From Bacteroidetes bacterium HGW-Bacteroidetes-1 (GTDB lineage Bacteria; Bacteroidota; Bacteroidia; Bacteroidales; F082): a stretch of 64,000 nt of DNA. The notes beneath the pieces were generated by a model. That model did not search any database. It saw only the letters and a list, made by a program, of their open reading frames with translations, and was not told the origin of the DNA. The position numbers and the translations under genes are program-made. Location of the stretch: contig PHDU01000003.1 in the NCBI GenBank assembly GCA_002842755.1, positions 4,414 through 68,413 of the forward strand, read 5' to 3'. This document shows positions 19,852 to 29,688 of the stretch, one piece after another. Numbering within the stretch: position 1 is the stretch's first letter; each line of letters begins with the position of its first letter.

Positions 19852-20121
19852 ATGTGCCTAAGCATCCCGGCAAAAATTGAATCTATCGATGGAGAAACAG
19901 CTGTGTGTTCTGTTGGTGGAACGACCTATACTGCAAGTATTCAGATGTTGGATATAAATGATCTTGCACCTGGCGATTACGTTCTATTGCATACCGGTTT
20001 CGCCCTGCAAAAAATCAGTAAAGAAGAAGCAGAGGCTACGTTGGAGCTTTTCGATGAATTTGAAACCTTTAATGAGAAACTGGATCAGGAAGAAATAAAA
20101 TCAGGCCAGAGAATCGTTTAA
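19852..20121 (+). CDS. hypC: Hydrogenase maturation chaperone HypC/HybG/HupF family
   Basis: 89 aa. The invariant N-terminal MCLSIPAKI motif is present, including Cys2. Confidence 0.9.
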   Translation: MCLSIPAKIESIDGETAVCSVGGTTYTASIQMLDINDLAPGDYVLLHTGFALQKISKEEAEATLELFDEFETFNEKLDQEEIKSGQRIV

Positions 20122-20131
20122 TACATGACTG

Positions 20132-21220
20132 ATGCAGTACATCGATGAATACCGCGACAAAGAGAAAGTTGTCTCTTTGATAAACAGGATCAAATTCATT
20201 TCAAAAAAACCTATCCGCATAATGGAAGTTTGCGGAGGCCATACAATGGCTATACAACGCTTTGGAATTCCATCGCTGCTTCCCGATCATATCGATCTCG
20301 TTTCAGGGCCTGGCTGTCCTGTGTGCGTAACAAGCAGGGCCTACATCGATCAAGCGATTGCCTACAGCCGTTTGCCCTATGTAATCATTACTACTTACGG
20401 AGACTTAATTCGTGTTCCGGGTTCTTCTTCCACCCTCGACAAAGAAAAGGCAACCGGTGCAGATATCCGTATCGTTTATTCAATTCTTGACGCATTGACA
20501 GTCGCCAAACAAAACCGCAAAAAGAAAATCATTTTTTTGGGTATTGGTTTTGAAACAACATCCCCGGGTACAGCCGCCGGAATCTTAAAAGCGCAGATGG
20601 CAGGTCTTTTTAATTTTTTTGTCTATAGCGCCCATAAAATTATGCCACCACCTATGAAAGCCCTCATCGATCAGGGTGTAAAAATTGATGGATACATTGG
20701 ACCTGGTCATGTAAGTACAATTACCGGTTCGAAGATTTTCAATTTCATTCCTGAAAAATACGGCCTCGGAGTGGTCATAAGCGGATTTGAACCACTTGAT
20801 ATACTGCAGACTATCTACATGCTTGTTCTTCAATACGAAAACAACACACAAAAAGTTGAGATACAGTATTCGCGTGTTGTAAAACCCGAAGGAAACATAA
20901 AAGCACAGGAAATGCTGGATGAAGTATTCGAGATGCGCGATGATTGGTGGCGTGGTTTGGGAACGCTTCCGGAAAGCGGAATGGCAATCAGGGCGAAATT
21001 CGAAGCATTCAACGCTGAAAAAATGATTGAAGTTGAGGTTGAAAATACCCGTGAGGACAAAGGATGTATTTGCGGGTCTGTGCTCAAAGGAATTAATAAA
21101 CCATCAGATTGCAAGCTTTTTGGCAAGGTTTGTACACCTTCCGATCCTGTCGGAGCGTGCATGGTATCCAATGAAGGAGCCTGCGCTGCCTATTACCGCT
21201 ATAAAAGAACCGATTCATGA
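20132..21220 (+). CDS. hypD: Hydrogenase maturation protein HypD
   Basis: 362 aa. Motifs EVCGGHT, GPGCPVCVT and GFETT, plus a C-terminal Cys cluster. Confidence 0.92.
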   Translation: MQYIDEYRDKEKVVSLINRIKFISKKPIRIMEVCGGHTMAIQRFGIPSLLPDHIDLVSGPGCPVCVTSRAYIDQAIAYSRLPYVIITTYGDLIRVPGSSSTLDKEKATGADIRIVYSILDALTVAKQNRKKKIIFLGIGFETTSPGTAAGILKAQMAGLFNFFVYSAHKIMPPPMKALIDQGVKIDGYIGPGHVSTITGSKIFNFIPEKYGLGVVISGFEPLDILQTIYMLVLQYENNTQKVEIQYSRVVKPEGNIKAQEMLDEVFEMRDDWWRGLGTLPESGMAIRAKFEAFNAEKMIEVEVENTREDKGCICGSVLKGINKPSDCKLFGKVCTPSDPVGACMVSNEGACAAYYRYKRTDS

Positions 21221-22236
21221 AACATCCATCCAACATCCTTCTGGGACATGGCAGTGGTGGGCGCCTTTCACACGATTTAATTTCAAATCTGTTTGTAAAG
21301 TATTTCCACAATCCTTTTTTGGAACTTCAGGGAGATGCATCCATTTTTCCGGTTAACAAGGGTAAATTAGCATTTACAACCGATTCATTTGTTGTTGATC
21401 CACTGTTCTTTCCCGGAGGTGACATTGGAAGGCTTGCTGTGGCCGGAACTGTGAATGACCTGGCAGTATCTGGGGCAAAGCCACTTTACCTAAGTGCAGG
21501 TTTTATCATTGAAGAAGGGCTGCCTTTTAATATCCTCGAAAAGATTGTTAAAAACATGGCTGAAGAAGCCAAAAATGCCGGTGTATTTATTGTAACAGGC
21601 GACACCAAGGTCATTAACAAAGGGAAATGTGATAAACTCTTTATAAATACTGCCGGCATTGGCGAAATGATTTGTGATGCCGATCATATAAGCAGTGGAT
21701 GTGAGATTGAAGTTGGTGACAAAATTATCATCAACGGTTCGATCGGTGATCACGGCATGGCTGTGATGAGCGCCAGAAATCAACTGCATTTTCAATCAGA
21801 TATTGAATCGGATTGCGCTTGCCTGAACGGAATAATTGAGATAGCATTACAGAATCCCAAAGAAGTTCATTTCATGCGGGATGCCACCCGCGGAGGTTTG
21901 GGAACCGTTATGGCAGAATTATGTGAGAAGAAACCTTTTGGCATCAATCTATTCGAAGATAAGATTCCTGTTAAAGAGACAGTACGCGGCATCTGTGAAT
22001 TGCTTGGATTTGACCCTCTTTATGTAGCCAATGAAGGCAAAGTAGTAATGGTTGTTTCTTCAGCTGTGGCTGAGGCAATGGTTGAAAAAATAAAACAGCA
22101 TCCATTGGGGATGAATGCTGCAATAATTGGAGAAATTACAGATCAGCACAAAGAGAGGACATGGTTAAAAACTTCTATTGGAGGCACCCGCATCGTTGAT
22201 ATGCTTGCCGGCGAACAACTGCCTCGCATCTGTTAA
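21217..22236 (+). CDS. hypE: Hydrogenase maturation protein HypE
   Basis: 339 aa. PurM/AIR-synthase-like fold and the diagnostic C-terminal ...PRIC with the terminal Cys. There is a 4-nt overlap with hypD. Confidence 0.92.
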   Translation: MKHPSNILLGHGSGGRLSHDLISNLFVKYFHNPFLELQGDASIFPVNKGKLAFTTDSFVVDPLFFPGGDIGRLAVAGTVNDLAVSGAKPLYLSAGFIIEEGLPFNILEKIVKNMAEEAKNAGVFIVTGDTKVINKGKCDKLFINTAGIGEMICDADHISSGCEIEVGDKIIINGSIGDHGMAVMSARNQLHFQSDIESDCACLNGIIEIALQNPKEVHFMRDATRGGLGTVMAELCEKKPFGINLFEDKIPVKETVRGICELLGFDPLYVANEGKVVMVVSSAVAEAMVEKIKQHPLGMNAAIIGEITDQHKERTWLKTSIGGTRIVDMLAGEQLPRIC

Positions 22237-22260
22237 AGATTGCTATTGAAATAGTTGGCA

Positions 22261-22662
22261 CTAAAAACCATATTCATAATAAAACTTAGACATTTCTGCT
22301 GATACTTCCTTGAATACGATGTGATGACTATCGCACCCTTTTCGTGAACAAATTCTAACTACACCGCCTGCCTTAATTACAAAAGCTACAAGAGGAGCAT
22401 TACATTCATGACAATTATCTTCAATTGCCAGCTCTTTGTTGCAATGTGGGCAATACATGTCAACAATTTCACCATCAGCAATTTCGATACTCAATTTTTT
22501 TTCTGATGATCCATAAATGCAGCTTAGCCAAAGCACTCCCCTGTCGTGTTCAGTCTCAATATTGACCTTAACGGTGGGCTTGTTACCAAAAAGAACATGG
22601 TTTTCCATGAGCGAACTATCGCACATAGGGCATTTTACACTGAGTGATACTTCTTTTTCCAT
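22261..22662 (-). CDS. Uncharacterised Cys-rich (multi zinc-ribbon) protein
   Basis: 133 aa. It has CPMC (11-14), CPHC (71-74), CHEC (84-87) and C-x4-C (105-110). No family recognised. It is convergent with hypE, with 24 nt between the two stops. Confidence 0.6.
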   Translation of the reverse strand: MEKEVSLSVKCPMCDSSLMENHVLFGNKPTVKVNIETEHDRGVLWLSCIYGSSEKKLSIEIADGEIVDMYCPHCNKELAIEDNCHECNAPLVAFVIKAGGVVRICSRKGCDSHHIVFKEVSAEMSKFYYEYGF

Positions 22663-22824
22663 GACCGTATTATTTGAATGCTTAAAAACCCTGATGAATA
22701 ATTTTATCAGGTCACCGCGTAAATGTACAAAATATCGATTTTAAAATCAAGTGCATTTTATTAAAGGTTGTAACATATTTTTAGAAACCAGTTTGTTTTA
22801 TTTTTAAAACTTGATGAAATTAAT

Positions 22825-22861
22825 AAAAAAAAGCCTTTTACTTTGTCGAAAAGTAAAAGGC
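22825..22861 (-). terminator. Intrinsic terminator after lolA
   Basis: Perfect 12-bp stem GCCTTTTACTTT / AAAGTAAAAGGC with a 4-nt loop. On the minus strand it is followed by an 8-nt U-run. It lies about 75 nt downstream of the lolA stop. Confidence 0.8.
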
Positions 22862-22937
22862 TTAAAGCTAATATTCTCGTATTAATCCATAATTAAAGAC
22901 CTGAATTGTAATGAAAATAATTCAACAAGATGTCAGG

Positions 22938-23579
22938 TTATCTCATGTCGACAATATCCACACCCGGGTATTTTTTCTGGTCAAACTGAAAGAAGTCCTT
23001 GGCTAAGACAACATTAGGCGTCATCTTACTCAGATCATACACAAAAGTATTCCCTCCATTATCGAAGACCGATAAATTTATCAGCTGAAGTTTGCTTTCA
23101 CTTATACCAAGCTGAATCTTAGTAAATTTCTTTCCAACGGAAGGCTTTAACTCTATTGTTTTCAACCCTTTAATATCATTATTCTTGTCGTGAAAAAACG
23201 AAGCTTTATAGTCAGTATAATAAGATGTCAGCAAAGAATTAGGGGTCATAACATCTTCTCCTTCCTCAACATCACTGATCATTACCTCGTTACTTTCTTC
23301 AAGGTAAGTCCAAACCGTTTTTCCATCACTTAAAACGATTTGTGCATCAAAAGTTATTTTATAGGCATTGTCTTTTAAGAAAAGACTCCCTTTTTTTTCT
23401 TCATTGATTCCAGCTTTTTCGTTGACCATAGAATAAGTAAAATCAACTTTAAGGTTTTCATACGAGCGGGTTTTATCGATCACCTGTTTCAGAAGTTCAT
23501 CTGCATTACGCTGACCAATGGTTTGCAATCCGGATATAAGAAGAATTAATATCAGGAGATATTGAATATTTATTTTCAT
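22938..23579 (-). CDS. lolA: Outer-membrane lipoprotein carrier protein LolA-like
   Basis: 213 aa with a signal peptide. Its size and position immediately downstream of ftsK fit a conserved Bacteroidetes arrangement. The LolA-like pattern GSLFLKDNAYKI is present. Confidence 0.7.
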   Translation of the reverse strand: MKINIQYLLILILLISGLQTIGQRNADELLKQVIDKTRSYENLKVDFTYSMVNEKAGINEEKKGSLFLKDNAYKITFDAQIVLSDGKTVWTYLEESNEVMISDVEEGEDVMTPNSLLTSYYTDYKASFFHDKNNDIKGLKTIELKPSVGKKFTKIQLGISESKLQLINLSVFDNGGNTFVYDLSKMTPNVVLAKDFFQFDQKKYPGVDIVDMR

Positions 23580-23582
23580 AAT

Positions 23583-26108
23583 TTATAGGTCTTGTTTGTT
23601 CTTAGCGTCGATATCCTTCAAAAACTGTACCAAAGCCATTTCATTGGCTACTCTAACTTCTCTTGCCTTCGATCCTTCAAAAGGTCCAACAATACCTGCA
23701 GCCTCAAGCTGATCAATAATTCTTCCAGCACGATTGTAACCCAATTTTAATTTTCTTTGCAGAAGTGAGGTAGATCCCTGTTGGTTTTGAACAATGATTC
23801 GGGCTGCATCTTCAAACATTTCATCACGATCGGCAGCATCAAAAACAGCTCCATGATCGTCCTGATCTTCAGAAAATTCAGGAAGATGATAAGCATCCGG
23901 ATAGGCCCGCTGTGAGCCAATAAATTCAGTTAGGCGTTCTACTTCAGGTGTATCAATAAATGCGCATTGAAGGCGGATGAGATCGCTTCCGGTTGATAAA
24001 AGCATATCGCCACGACCTACCAACTGATCAGCTCCACCTGTATCGAGAATCGTTCTGGAGTCGATGCGTGAAATAACGCGAAAAGCAATACGTGCAGGAA
24101 AGTTGGCCTTGATGGTACCAGTAATTATATTAACTGAAGGCCTTTGAGTAGCAATGATAAGGTGAATTCCAACAGCACGTGCCAGCTGCGCAAGTCGCGT
24201 TATAGGTCCTTCAATTTCTTTTCCGGCGGTCATAATCAGATCAGCAAACTCATCAACGACAAGTACAATATAGGGCAGGAAACGATGACCGCTCAACGGA
24301 TTCAGTTTCCTTGCTTTAAACTTCTCATTGTATTCCTTGATATTGCGCACCTGGGCATCTTTGAGTAGTTCGTATCGATTATCCATTTCTATTCCCAAAG
24401 AGTTAAGCGTTCGTACCACCTTACGGGTGTCGGTGATAATAGCTTCTTCTGAATCAGGAAGCTTTGCAAGATAATGACGTTCAATTCGGCTAAATAAGCT
24501 CAGTTCGACTTTTTTAGGGTCAACCATTACGAATTTAAGTTCTGAAGGGTGCTTGCAATACAACAAAGAAGTGATCACAGCATTTAGTCCAACAGATTTT
24601 CCCTGCCCGGTAGCACCAGCCATAAGAATATGAGGCATTTTTGTGAGATCAGCCACAAAACTCTCGTTTGAAATAGTTTTTCCAAGCGCAAATGGTAATT
24701 CATAATGGTTTTGCGTAAATCGGTCAGAACCAAGAATTGATCGCATTGAAACGATTTCAGGTTTCAGATTGGGGACTTCAATTCCCACGGTTCCTTTTCC
24801 CGGAATAGGTGCAATGATACGTATACCTGTTGCAGAAAGCGAAAGCGCTATATCATCTTCAAGTCCTTTGATACGGGCAATACGAATACCAGGAGCTGGT
24901 ACTATTTCATATAGAGTAACAGTTGGCCCAATCGTAGCTTTAATTCTTTCGATGCCAATAGAATAATTTCCAAGGGTTTCTACAATACGGTTTTTGTTTG
25001 CTTCCAATTCAGAACGATCAACATTGATTGTTCCATCACCATACATATTTAACAAATCGAGGGGTGGAAAACGATAGTCCGGCAAATCGAGGGTGGGATC
25101 AAACTGCGTATCCAAACCCTGACGTTCAATAGTACCTTTTGATTTAAATTTCTCGTCCTTTCTAGGCTCCACCTTAAGTTCAATACTTTCATCTTCAGGC
25201 TCTTCAACTGGTAATGAACCCATCGATTCATTCACTGGCAGTTCAACCTCCATTTCAATTCCTTTATCTTCTTTTAAATGACGAACGTTCCCTTCACCAG
25301 GTTTTGGCTTCACAAACTCGATATCATCATCATCAACTGCAAATTCAAATGTATTGTATTTGTCCTGCAAAATAAGACCGTTTTTTGTTTGGTTCTTTTC
25401 ATTTTGAACGGCTTGCTTATTCTTTTTGTAAAAACTAAATGTAAGCGTAAAACTCACGATAAGGTAAACTAAAAAAACGAAAAGAATAGTAATAACAACA
25501 CCTGCTTTTCCCAAAACAGCCGTTAAGTAATTGTTCAAAAATGCACCAACAACACCTCCCAGAACATTAAGAGGATCTTCAGGGAAAATGTATGCTAAGA
25601 ATAAAGGCAGCCATAACAAGCTCATCATCGCATACTTCCACAGACCCCAGGCAGAAACAACCTTTGCTTTAAAAAGCATTCGAATACCAAAAATAAAAAA
25701 CAAAATCACAAAGTAAAATGCTCCCAGACCAAATCCTTCCTTTACAAAAAACTGAGACAAAAATGCACCAAGATTACCTGCCCAGTTGTTCATTTTGGTC
25801 TCAGTATCGGTAAGAACTGCACCAAAAGGCATGTCGGCAAAATAATCGTCAGTTACCTGATTGAACCAGTTTAATAAAAATGACAGAAATGCAAGTAAAA
25901 GAAATGCAGCCACGAAAAGAAAAAAAACAGCCGCAATTCTTTTAAACCGATCGTCTACCTTCCATGCTGACTTTTTGCGTAAGTCAGCAGGTGTTTTTTT
26001 TCCTTTAGATTTCTTCTCTGAAGCAGTTGATTCAGACAAAGGCACTTCATCAACCGCTTCAATTTCTTTCAACGTATTGGATCTAAGTTTATTACCAGTT
26101 TTGGACAT
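23583..26108 (-). CDS. ftsK: DNA translocase FtsK
   Basis: 841 aa. N-terminal TM helices, a linker, the motor domain with Walker A GATGQGKSV and Walker B LVVDEFADL, and a gamma-domain winged helix (STSLLQRKLKLGYNRAGRIIDQLE). Confidence 0.92.
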   Translation of the reverse strand: MSKTGNKLRSNTLKEIEAVDEVPLSESTASEKKSKGKKTPADLRKKSAWKVDDRFKRIAAVFFLFVAAFLLLAFLSFLLNWFNQVTDDYFADMPFGAVLTDTETKMNNWAGNLGAFLSQFFVKEGFGLGAFYFVILFFIFGIRMLFKAKVVSAWGLWKYAMMSLLWLPLFLAYIFPEDPLNVLGGVVGAFLNNYLTAVLGKAGVVITILFVFLVYLIVSFTLTFSFYKKNKQAVQNEKNQTKNGLILQDKYNTFEFAVDDDDIEFVKPKPGEGNVRHLKEDKGIEMEVELPVNESMGSLPVEEPEDESIELKVEPRKDEKFKSKGTIERQGLDTQFDPTLDLPDYRFPPLDLLNMYGDGTINVDRSELEANKNRIVETLGNYSIGIERIKATIGPTVTLYEIVPAPGIRIARIKGLEDDIALSLSATGIRIIAPIPGKGTVGIEVPNLKPEIVSMRSILGSDRFTQNHYELPFALGKTISNESFVADLTKMPHILMAGATGQGKSVGLNAVITSLLYCKHPSELKFVMVDPKKVELSLFSRIERHYLAKLPDSEEAIITDTRKVVRTLNSLGIEMDNRYELLKDAQVRNIKEYNEKFKARKLNPLSGHRFLPYIVLVVDEFADLIMTAGKEIEGPITRLAQLARAVGIHLIIATQRPSVNIITGTIKANFPARIAFRVISRIDSRTILDTGGADQLVGRGDMLLSTGSDLIRLQCAFIDTPEVERLTEFIGSQRAYPDAYHLPEFSEDQDDHGAVFDAADRDEMFEDAARIIVQNQQGSTSLLQRKLKLGYNRAGRIIDQLEAAGIVGPFEGSKAREVRVANEMALVQFLKDIDAKNKQDL

Positions 26109-26328
26109 TTATTCCTTAGCTTTATAAGTGCAAAATTAGCAAATTCGGATGAATTGTCGGATGTAAAAAATATATGTTGTAAAAAACTGATTTCCATTAG
26201 CATATACACCATTAGAGGTCAACTTCATGCTAAATCAACCAATCGTCTTGCGTCAGTATTGATGAATAAACGTATTGATTATCCCTTCTGCAAAAGTCAG
26301 CAAATCATAACACACGGCAGGCGCGGTC

Positions 26329-26362
26329 AAAAAAAGCCAGAACAAAATTATACTGTTCCGGC
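26329..26362 (-). terminator. Intrinsic terminator after the cyclophilin gene
   Basis: On the minus strand: GCCGGAAC-11 nt loop-GUUCUGGC (8 bp, one G-U pair) followed by UUUUUUU. It lies 24 nt downstream of the stop at 26386. Confidence 0.65.
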
Positions 26363-26385
26363 TCTTTAATAATTTGCTCAAAAAA

Positions 26386-26823
26386 CTATTCGTTGCTGAT
26401 GGTAATTGAAATAATATGATCACCCTGACTGATCTGATCGACTACATCTACATTTTCGATCACTTTACCAAACACCGTATGGACTCTGTCGAGATGTGCA
26501 GTATTCCGCCTGCTATGGCAAATAAAAAATTGAGAGCCTCCGGTATCACGTCCGGCATGGGCCATTGAAATAACACCTCGGTCATGGAATTGATTTTTAC
26601 CATTCAGTTCACATGGAATTTTATAGCCCGGGCCTCCGGTACCATCGCCTTTCGTGCAGCCACCCTGAATAACAAAGTCAGGAATGACACGATGAAACTT
26701 TAATCCATTGTAGAATCCTGATTCAGATAGTTGAACAAAATTGGCAACCGTTCCTGGTGCATCATCTTCAAATAACTCAAGTACCATTGTACCCTTATCT
26801 GTTACGATAGTCGCTTTTTTCAT
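26386..26823 (-). CDS. ppiB: Peptidyl-prolyl cis-trans isomerase, cyclophilin type
   Basis: 145 aa. Motifs [32 protein letters not shown]. Confidence 0.9.
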   Translation of the reverse strand: MKKATIVTDKGTMVLELFEDDAPGTVANFVQLSESGFYNGLKFHRVIPDFVIQGGCTKGDGTGGPGYKIPCELNGKNQFHDRGVISMAHAGRDTGGSQFFICHSRRNTAHLDRVHTVFGKVIENVDVVDQISQGDHIISITISNE

Positions 26824-26835
26824 AGGTATTATATA

Positions 26836-28350
26836 TTATTTAACTGTTCGCATTGATTTATTCCAACGTATTTTCCCTCCAAAAAGAGTCTTTTCTTTAT
26901 CAAGAGAAAGCCATACAAATACTGCTTTTCCAACAATATGATCATTTGGGACAAAGCCCCAGAACCGTGAATCGGCTGAGTTGTGACGATTGTCGCCCAT
27001 TAACCAGTAATAATCCATTTTAAAGGTATAGGTTTTCGCAATTTCATCATTGATATATATTTTACCCTCTTTCACACTGAGGTCATTGCCTTCGTAAGCA
27101 TCAATAATTCGCTCGTATAAAGGTAGGGTTTGCATATTTAAGTCAACGGTTGTACCACTTGAAGGGATTACCAACGGACCATAATTATCAATGTTCCAGG
27201 CATAAAAATCAGAATTAGGAAAGACTTCAGGATTTCTTTCACCTGGAAGCTCCAAAGTGCGTGTAACAGACTCTACATTGGGCAGCTCGCGAAGATTCTT
27301 TGCTACATCATCCCTAATCCAGAAAACATACTCACCTGCTGTACTGGCCATTCTGCCTTCAGTTATGTCATATTTACCCAAAATCCTTTGATTAAGCGCA
27401 TTACCATCCGTTTTTACCAAATACCTGAACTGGATTATTCCTGGTGTCGGGTTGGGTTGACCGTTTACAAATAACTCAGAATTTACAATCCGGATGGTGT
27501 CTCCAGGCATCCCAACGCAACGTTTGATATAGTTTTCGCGCTTATCGACCGGACGGGAAACTATTTTCCCAAAATTCCTCTCATCTGACCATACTCTTTC
27601 ACGTCCATATTCTCTGATCAAGGAGTAATAGCTTACATTGCTCTGGAAACGCAAACTAACAGTGTCTCCTGCGGGATAATTAAATACTACAGCATCGTTG
27701 CGCTTCACTTGACCCAAGCCGGCAAAACGGAAATAAGGCCATTTTACCCATTCAACGTAAGAACGTGCAGTTTCACTCCAGGGCATGGTGTGGTGTACAA
27801 AAGGAAATGCAATGGGTGTGTTGGGTAATCGAGGACCATAGCTTATTTTACTAACAAATAGAAAGTCTCCTACAAGCAAGGACTTTTCCATACTAGAAGT
27901 TGGAATGGTATATGCTTCAAAAAGAAAAGTTCGGATAATCGTTGCGGCTACAACTGCAAAAATGATAGCATCAAGCCACTCTCTTACAGGTCCTTTCTTT
28001 TCACGGATAACCGTAGAAGGGTCTGTGTAAAAACTCTTTTTGTCCATTCCTATGATCGGCAGGTAAACAAATGGCACAAGTGCTGATAGAAAGTGTTCCC
28101 AAAAGCTTTCTTTCCCAAAACTTTTCACTAACTCTATTAGCATCAACATATAAACAAAAACATTGATAAAAGGAATGATGATGAAAATGTACCACCATAA
28201 AGGCTTTTTTATGATTTTTAATAAGATGTACATGTTGTAAAAGGGAATCAAGGTCAGGTAACCTTTTTCTCCGGCTTTTTCAAACAACTGCCATGCAAAA
28301 ACCGTTGGAATCGTAAAAAGCAACGGCAAAATAATAATCAATTGAATCAT
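26836..28350 (-). CDS. lepB: Signal peptidase I (long Bacteroidetes form)
   Basis: 504 aa. Catalytic Ser box IPTSSMEKSLLVGDFLFV, Lys box KRCVGMPGD, and GDNRHNSADSRFWGFVP. Confidence 0.9.
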   Translation of the reverse strand: MIQLIIILPLLFTIPTVFAWQLFEKAGEKGYLTLIPFYNMYILLKIIKKPLWWYIFIIIPFINVFVYMLMLIELVKSFGKESFWEHFLSALVPFVYLPIIGMDKKSFYTDPSTVIREKKGPVREWLDAIIFAVVAATIIRTFLFEAYTIPTSSMEKSLLVGDFLFVSKISYGPRLPNTPIAFPFVHHTMPWSETARSYVEWVKWPYFRFAGLGQVKRNDAVVFNYPAGDTVSLRFQSNVSYYSLIREYGRERVWSDERNFGKIVSRPVDKRENYIKRCVGMPGDTIRIVNSELFVNGQPNPTPGIIQFRYLVKTDGNALNQRILGKYDITEGRMASTAGEYVFWIRDDVAKNLRELPNVESVTRTLELPGERNPEVFPNSDFYAWNIDNYGPLVIPSSGTTVDLNMQTLPLYERIIDAYEGNDLSVKEGKIYINDEIAKTYTFKMDYYWLMGDNRHNSADSRFWGFVPNDHIVGKAVFVWLSLDKEKTLFGGKIRWNKSMRTVK

Positions 28351-28426
28351 AATACTTGATTTATTAAACGGCTAAATTATAAAAGTCTTGTAATACTCCA
28401 TTTGCTCCCTTGTTAAATATTCATAA

Positions 28427-28945
28427 TCAATGCAATGGGAGCGCAAAAACCAGTTTCTTATCATATCCATCCATCTGAAATACAATTTTTTCGGCCCGGG
28501 CACGATGCTCAAATTCTTTTAAATCGTAACGAAAAAGGCCCTTGACCTCAGAGCGACATGGATCATGGTCTGAGAATACAGGAATAAGTCTAATGAATTT
28601 CTCTTGCTCAATTATTACCTCATTATAAAACAGTAACATCTCCACATCCCCGCAACCACCGCTGTAGAGAACTTCAATATTGATGCAATTTTCATTGATA
28701 TATACATCCTTAATTATGAAACTGTCGCTCTTTTCTCCGATGACCATATCAGTTACCGGGGTTAAAGAATAGCAAAATGCTTTTTCGTTTTTTAGATCAG
28801 CTTCTTTGATTGCTGTATTTTTTTGGGATATGCAAGAATGAAATAAAAAACCTGACAAAAAGATGAAAAAAAGAAACAACTTCCCCTTTTGTTTCTTTTG
28901 GACAGTCAATCCGGAATCAGATGGGATACGGTAAATATGTGTCAA
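28427..28945 (-). CDS. Hypothetical lipoprotein
   Basis: 172 aa. Hydrophobic leader LFLFFIFLSGFLFHSC with a lipobox-like Cys. No family recognised. Confidence 0.5.
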   Translation of the reverse strand: MTHIYRIPSDSGLTVQKKQKGKLFLFFIFLSGFLFHSCISQKNTAIKEADLKNEKAFCYSLTPVTDMVIGEKSDSFIIKDVYINENCINIEVLYSGGCGDVEMLLFYNEVIIEQEKFIRLIPVFSDHDPCRSEVKGLFRYDLKEFEHRARAEKIVFQMDGYDKKLVFALPLH

Positions 28946-28957
28946 AACAATAAAGGA

Positions 28958-29686
28958 TTAATATTTATCATTCAGTATGTCATCCATCATAAAAACACCT
29001 TTTTTTCCAAAAAGAAACTCCGCCGCTAAAACAGCTCCAACCGCAAATCCTTTTCTTCCCTTAGCTTCATGTTTCAAACTGATTGTATCTTCTGCAGAGT
29101 CTGCAATTACTTCATGAATGCCACTCACATCACCAATTCGACTAACATCAATGGGGAGCACATCTTCTTGTTCACTGTTTCCGATTCTCCAGGATTTTAA
29201 ATCCCCTACCCTTTCAATCATATCTTCAGCAAGTCGCAAAGCTGTGCCACTTGGGGCATCCAGTTTTTGTGTATGATGCGTTTCATGCAAAGACAAACGA
29301 TAATGAGTCCCATTTACGAGCTTCGCAAGCTGTTTATTAAGCCTGAAAACAATATTCATTCCCAATGAAAAATTGGGTGCATGAAAAAGGGCAAGACTCT
29401 TATGAAGGCAGAGTTTTTTAACTTCATCATAATGATTATACCAACCTGTAGTACCTACTACTACTGGCAACGACAATTCAAAACATCGAAGAATATTATC
29501 AAAAGCAGTTTCCGGCAAACTGAAATCAATGGCAATATCTGCTTTTTCAAGTTGAGCAGCCTTTAATTCAAAATCATGAATGCTATCAATCACACATGCA
29601 ATCCTGTGACCCCGTTCCAGGCATACTTGCTCGATGACTTTTCCCATCTTGCCATATCCAAGCAAAGCAACATTCATTTTTTTCAT
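28958..29686 (-). CDS. dapB: 4-hydroxy-tetrahydrodipicolinate reductase
   Basis: 242 aa. N-terminal Rossmann motif VALLGYGKMGK, then VVGTTGW and ETHHTQKLDAPSGTA (the E-x-HH-x-K-x-DAPSGTA motif). Confidence 0.9.
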   Translation of the reverse strand: MKKMNVALLGYGKMGKVIEQVCLERGHRIACVIDSIHDFELKAAQLEKADIAIDFSLPETAFDNILRCFELSLPVVVGTTGWYNHYDEVKKLCLHKSLALFHAPNFSLGMNIVFRLNKQLAKLVNGTHYRLSLHETHHTQKLDAPSGTALRLAEDMIERVGDLKSWRIGNSEQEDVLPIDVSRIGDVSGIHEVIADSAEDTISLKHEAKGRKGFAVGAVLAAEFLFGKKGVFMMDDILNDKY

Positions 29687-29688
29687 GG

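Noticed and set aside
26154-26369. 71-aa ORF in the ftsK-ppiB intergenic region
   Set aside because: It overlaps the ppiB terminator hairpin and has odd composition. It also lies on the opposite strand to all neighbouring genes and is probably spurious.
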